From assembly GCA_028534125.1 (NCBI GenBank), contig CM052817.1, positions 35,280,001 through 35,344,000 of the forward strand: 64,000 bases of DNA, read 5' to 3'. Shown piece after piece: positions 61,901 through 64,000 of this stretch. Source of the stretch: Lama glama (Eukaryota). Position 1 is the first letter of the stretch, and each line of letters opens with the position of its first letter. A program made the translations under genes and the position numbers. The notes under the pieces are model-generated. The model saw only the letters and a list, made by a program, of their open reading frames with translations. It was not told the DNA's origin and searched no databases.

Positions 61901-64000
61901 CAAGTTGGAATGTAAAAACAGTACAGGCTTCGCAGTGGGCAGTTTGGTGCAGGGTCGCGATTTTGAGGTTTACATACCCTTTGATGTAAGAAATTCATTG
62001 TTAGAAATTTATTTTAAGGAAGTAAGTAAATAAGAAAATAATAAGATAAATTTACATATGTGTCTGTATGGATGTTAACTGAAGGGATGTTCATAAAAAC
62101 AAAAATCTAGAAACATGAGTTTCTATCCTATTAGAGGATTGGTCAAGTGTTACACCACAAAATAGAGTACCATGTGGTCATGAACAATTATCATATTAAA
62201 AATAATAATGTGGAGTAGGTGATATGTATTATAAAGATGTCTGCAGTATATATATTTTTTCAAGAATATTTTATTTGTTTTTTTTTTGTTGTTGGAGGGG
62301 AAGTAATTAAATTTATTTTAATGGAGGTACTGAGGATTAAACCAGTAGGATTATTGTCTTTATTTTTATACTTCTATGTAATTGATTTTTTGCAGTCAAC
62401 ATTTGTAGCATTTATATTTTTAAAATTCTCATAAAACTTTTTTTATCTTAGGGATTACAAAGTGAAAGAAAATGCCAAAGAACTAGAATAATCAGGAACT
62501 GATATTTGTGTAATGTATTTGATGCTAATTATAAATTCTAAATTTGCTTGTTATTAGATTATCTTAAATCTTCTGCCTGAGGATTTAGTTCTTGCTCTTT
62601 GGAATATGAAACAAATGAGAGTTATCCAGCAATGTTAATTTTAAAACTACTTTTTCCTACAGATCTTTGCCGCCGTTCTTTATCAGAAGACTCTGTAAGT
62701 ATTCTACTGTCGTTAAACCCAAATTTTACACTTCTGGATAATAAAAATTTTAGGAGACTTCATTGTAGTATTTATGACTTTTTGGAGTACATGTTGATTG
62801 ATTAAATAGGAATCACAGTAGAACCTCTCTTGATCAGTTATTTGATGGAACCCCTTAAGGGTAAGAAATTACAATACAAAAATCTTACACGCATTACACT
62901 TTTCATTTTAAAGGCATGCAAGTATAAATTCATTCTCCCATTTTTAGATGTAGGGCCCAGGTCTTTGAGTAAGAGTCTATTCATGGGAATTCCATGCATG
63001 TTTCTTACGTAATCTACATATAATCCAACAGTCATGATCTCCAGTTTTGTTTTGTTTTTAAGTGCATTAGTATCTTAAAGACAGTTGTGAATTAGTTTCA
63101 TTACAGAGTCCTTTTTTCACTAACATATTAGCATTTTCTTTCTTATACCTAATTAGATAATTTTCTTTAGGAACTCACTTTTATTAAATATTTCTGAGTA
63201 TTCAGCATAGTTTTCATTGAAACAAGTCTCTCTTCACACTCAGTTCTTATGGTAATTAAATTTTATCATTTCCTTATGAAACACAGCTGGCACAGTGGGA
63301 TTGGAAACAAACACATCTGACTCCTTGTCAGCATACACTTACTAGGTGAGAGTGGGAGTGCCCAATATGGCCAAAAAGAGCAACCTCCTAGCCTTGAGCA
63401 TTCCCTGTATGTGGGCATCAGTCAGTCTTAGGAAGAATGTAAACTATAGATTAATCTGGAGTGTTAGTTAAGAGAGCTTCTGTTTTAATTACAAAATTAG
63501 TTGCAGCTTTTGAAGTTTTTTGTATGGTGATAATTACTAGTTAAATTTTGTAATCTTTGGATTAGAATTATTTAAGAGTGAAGCATTTAAAAAATTATTT
63601 CTGTGAGAAAATTGTTTCCAAAATTTAGTGGCATTGTTGTAGAAAGTTAAACTTGCATGCTGGGTTTTACTTTTTCTCATTCTTAGATTTTAGAAAATAA
63701 AAGTGATCAATGAATGATATTCCTGATCTTGTCACCATGTTCTTCCAGAATCTGTCTTTTTGCCATTCTCATTTAAACTTCCCTCTTGGTGGCAATTCCT
63801 AAATTTTAACAAACTGACTCAATGGGAAAATTACTGAAAATTATATATCTTTAGGGTTGTATCTCTTTTGAATGTTTGAATCACTAGATAAATATGTGAA
63901 TCAATTTAGAGAATTTATAGAAAAAAAAATGTTTCTTCTCCTTAGGATGGGACTGAGGAAGACCCACAGGCAGAACTGGCCATCATTCATGGGCAGATGG
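55404..64000 (+). CDS. SRP72: Signal recognition particle subunit SRP72, exons 1-7 (partial)
   Basis: Exons 55404-55512, 57397-57517, 59208-59331, 60626-60769, 60848-60959, 62663-62694 and 63946->64000 join in frame: MASSGSGGVSVPALWSEVNRYGQNGDF..., FEKAYCEYRLN, LYRLERYDEC, HELCYNAAC. Confidence 0.97.
57397..57517 (+). CDS. SRP72: SRP72 exon 2
   Basis: ILQINKDDVTALHCKVVCLIQNGSFKEALNVINTHTKVLA. Confidence 0.95.
59208..59331 (+). CDS. SRP72: SRP72 exon 3
   Basis: NSLSFEKAYCEYRLNRIENALKTIESANQQTDKLKELYGQV. Confidence 0.95.
60626..60769 (+). CDS. SRP72: SRP72 exon 4
   Basis: LYRLERYDECLAVYRDLVRNSQDDYDEERKTNLSAVVAAQSNWEKVVP. Confidence 0.95.
60848..60959 (+). CDS. SRP72: SRP72 exon 5
   Basis: ENLGLQEGTHELCYNAACALIGQGQLNQAMKILQKAE. 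Confidence 0.95.
62663..62694 (+). CDS. SRP72: SRP72 exon 6
   Basis: DLCRRSLSEDS, donor GTAAGT. Confidence 0.92.
63946..64000 (+). CDS. SRP72: SRP72 exon 7 (cut by the window edge)
   Basis: DGTEEDPQAELAIIHGQM. Confidence 0.93.

Overview
Mammalian genomic DNA, probably camelid, judging by several copies of a tRNA-derived SINE resembling the camelid Vic-1 family. The window holds the conserved purine-synthesis locus. PPAT (minus strand, coding exons 1-8, continuing off the left edge) lies head-to-head with a complete 425-codon PAICS (plus strand, 9 exons) across a CpG-island bidirectional promoter. SRP72 exons 1-7 follow on the plus strand and continue off the right edge. The main unexpected signal is inside the 21.7-kb first intron of PPAT, on the opposite strand: an intact chain of at least 8 coding exons encoding three tandem Myb/SANT-like (trihelix, Myb_DNA-bind_4-type) domains. 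The chain has no stop codon of its own. Its last donor (27093, phase 0) fits a strong acceptor at 30614 that reads 17 open codons in frame into the PAICS ATG, predicting a ~990-1000 aa 3xMyb/SANT-PAICS isoform. Two RFX X-box-like motifs lie upstream of its first coding exon. Splicing and expression are inferred from sequence only. Also present: a near full-length decayed Tigger2-like transposon, a Tigger1 deletion derivative, a solo LTR, SINEs, L1 fragments and a tailless tRNA-Arg 5'-half retrocopy.
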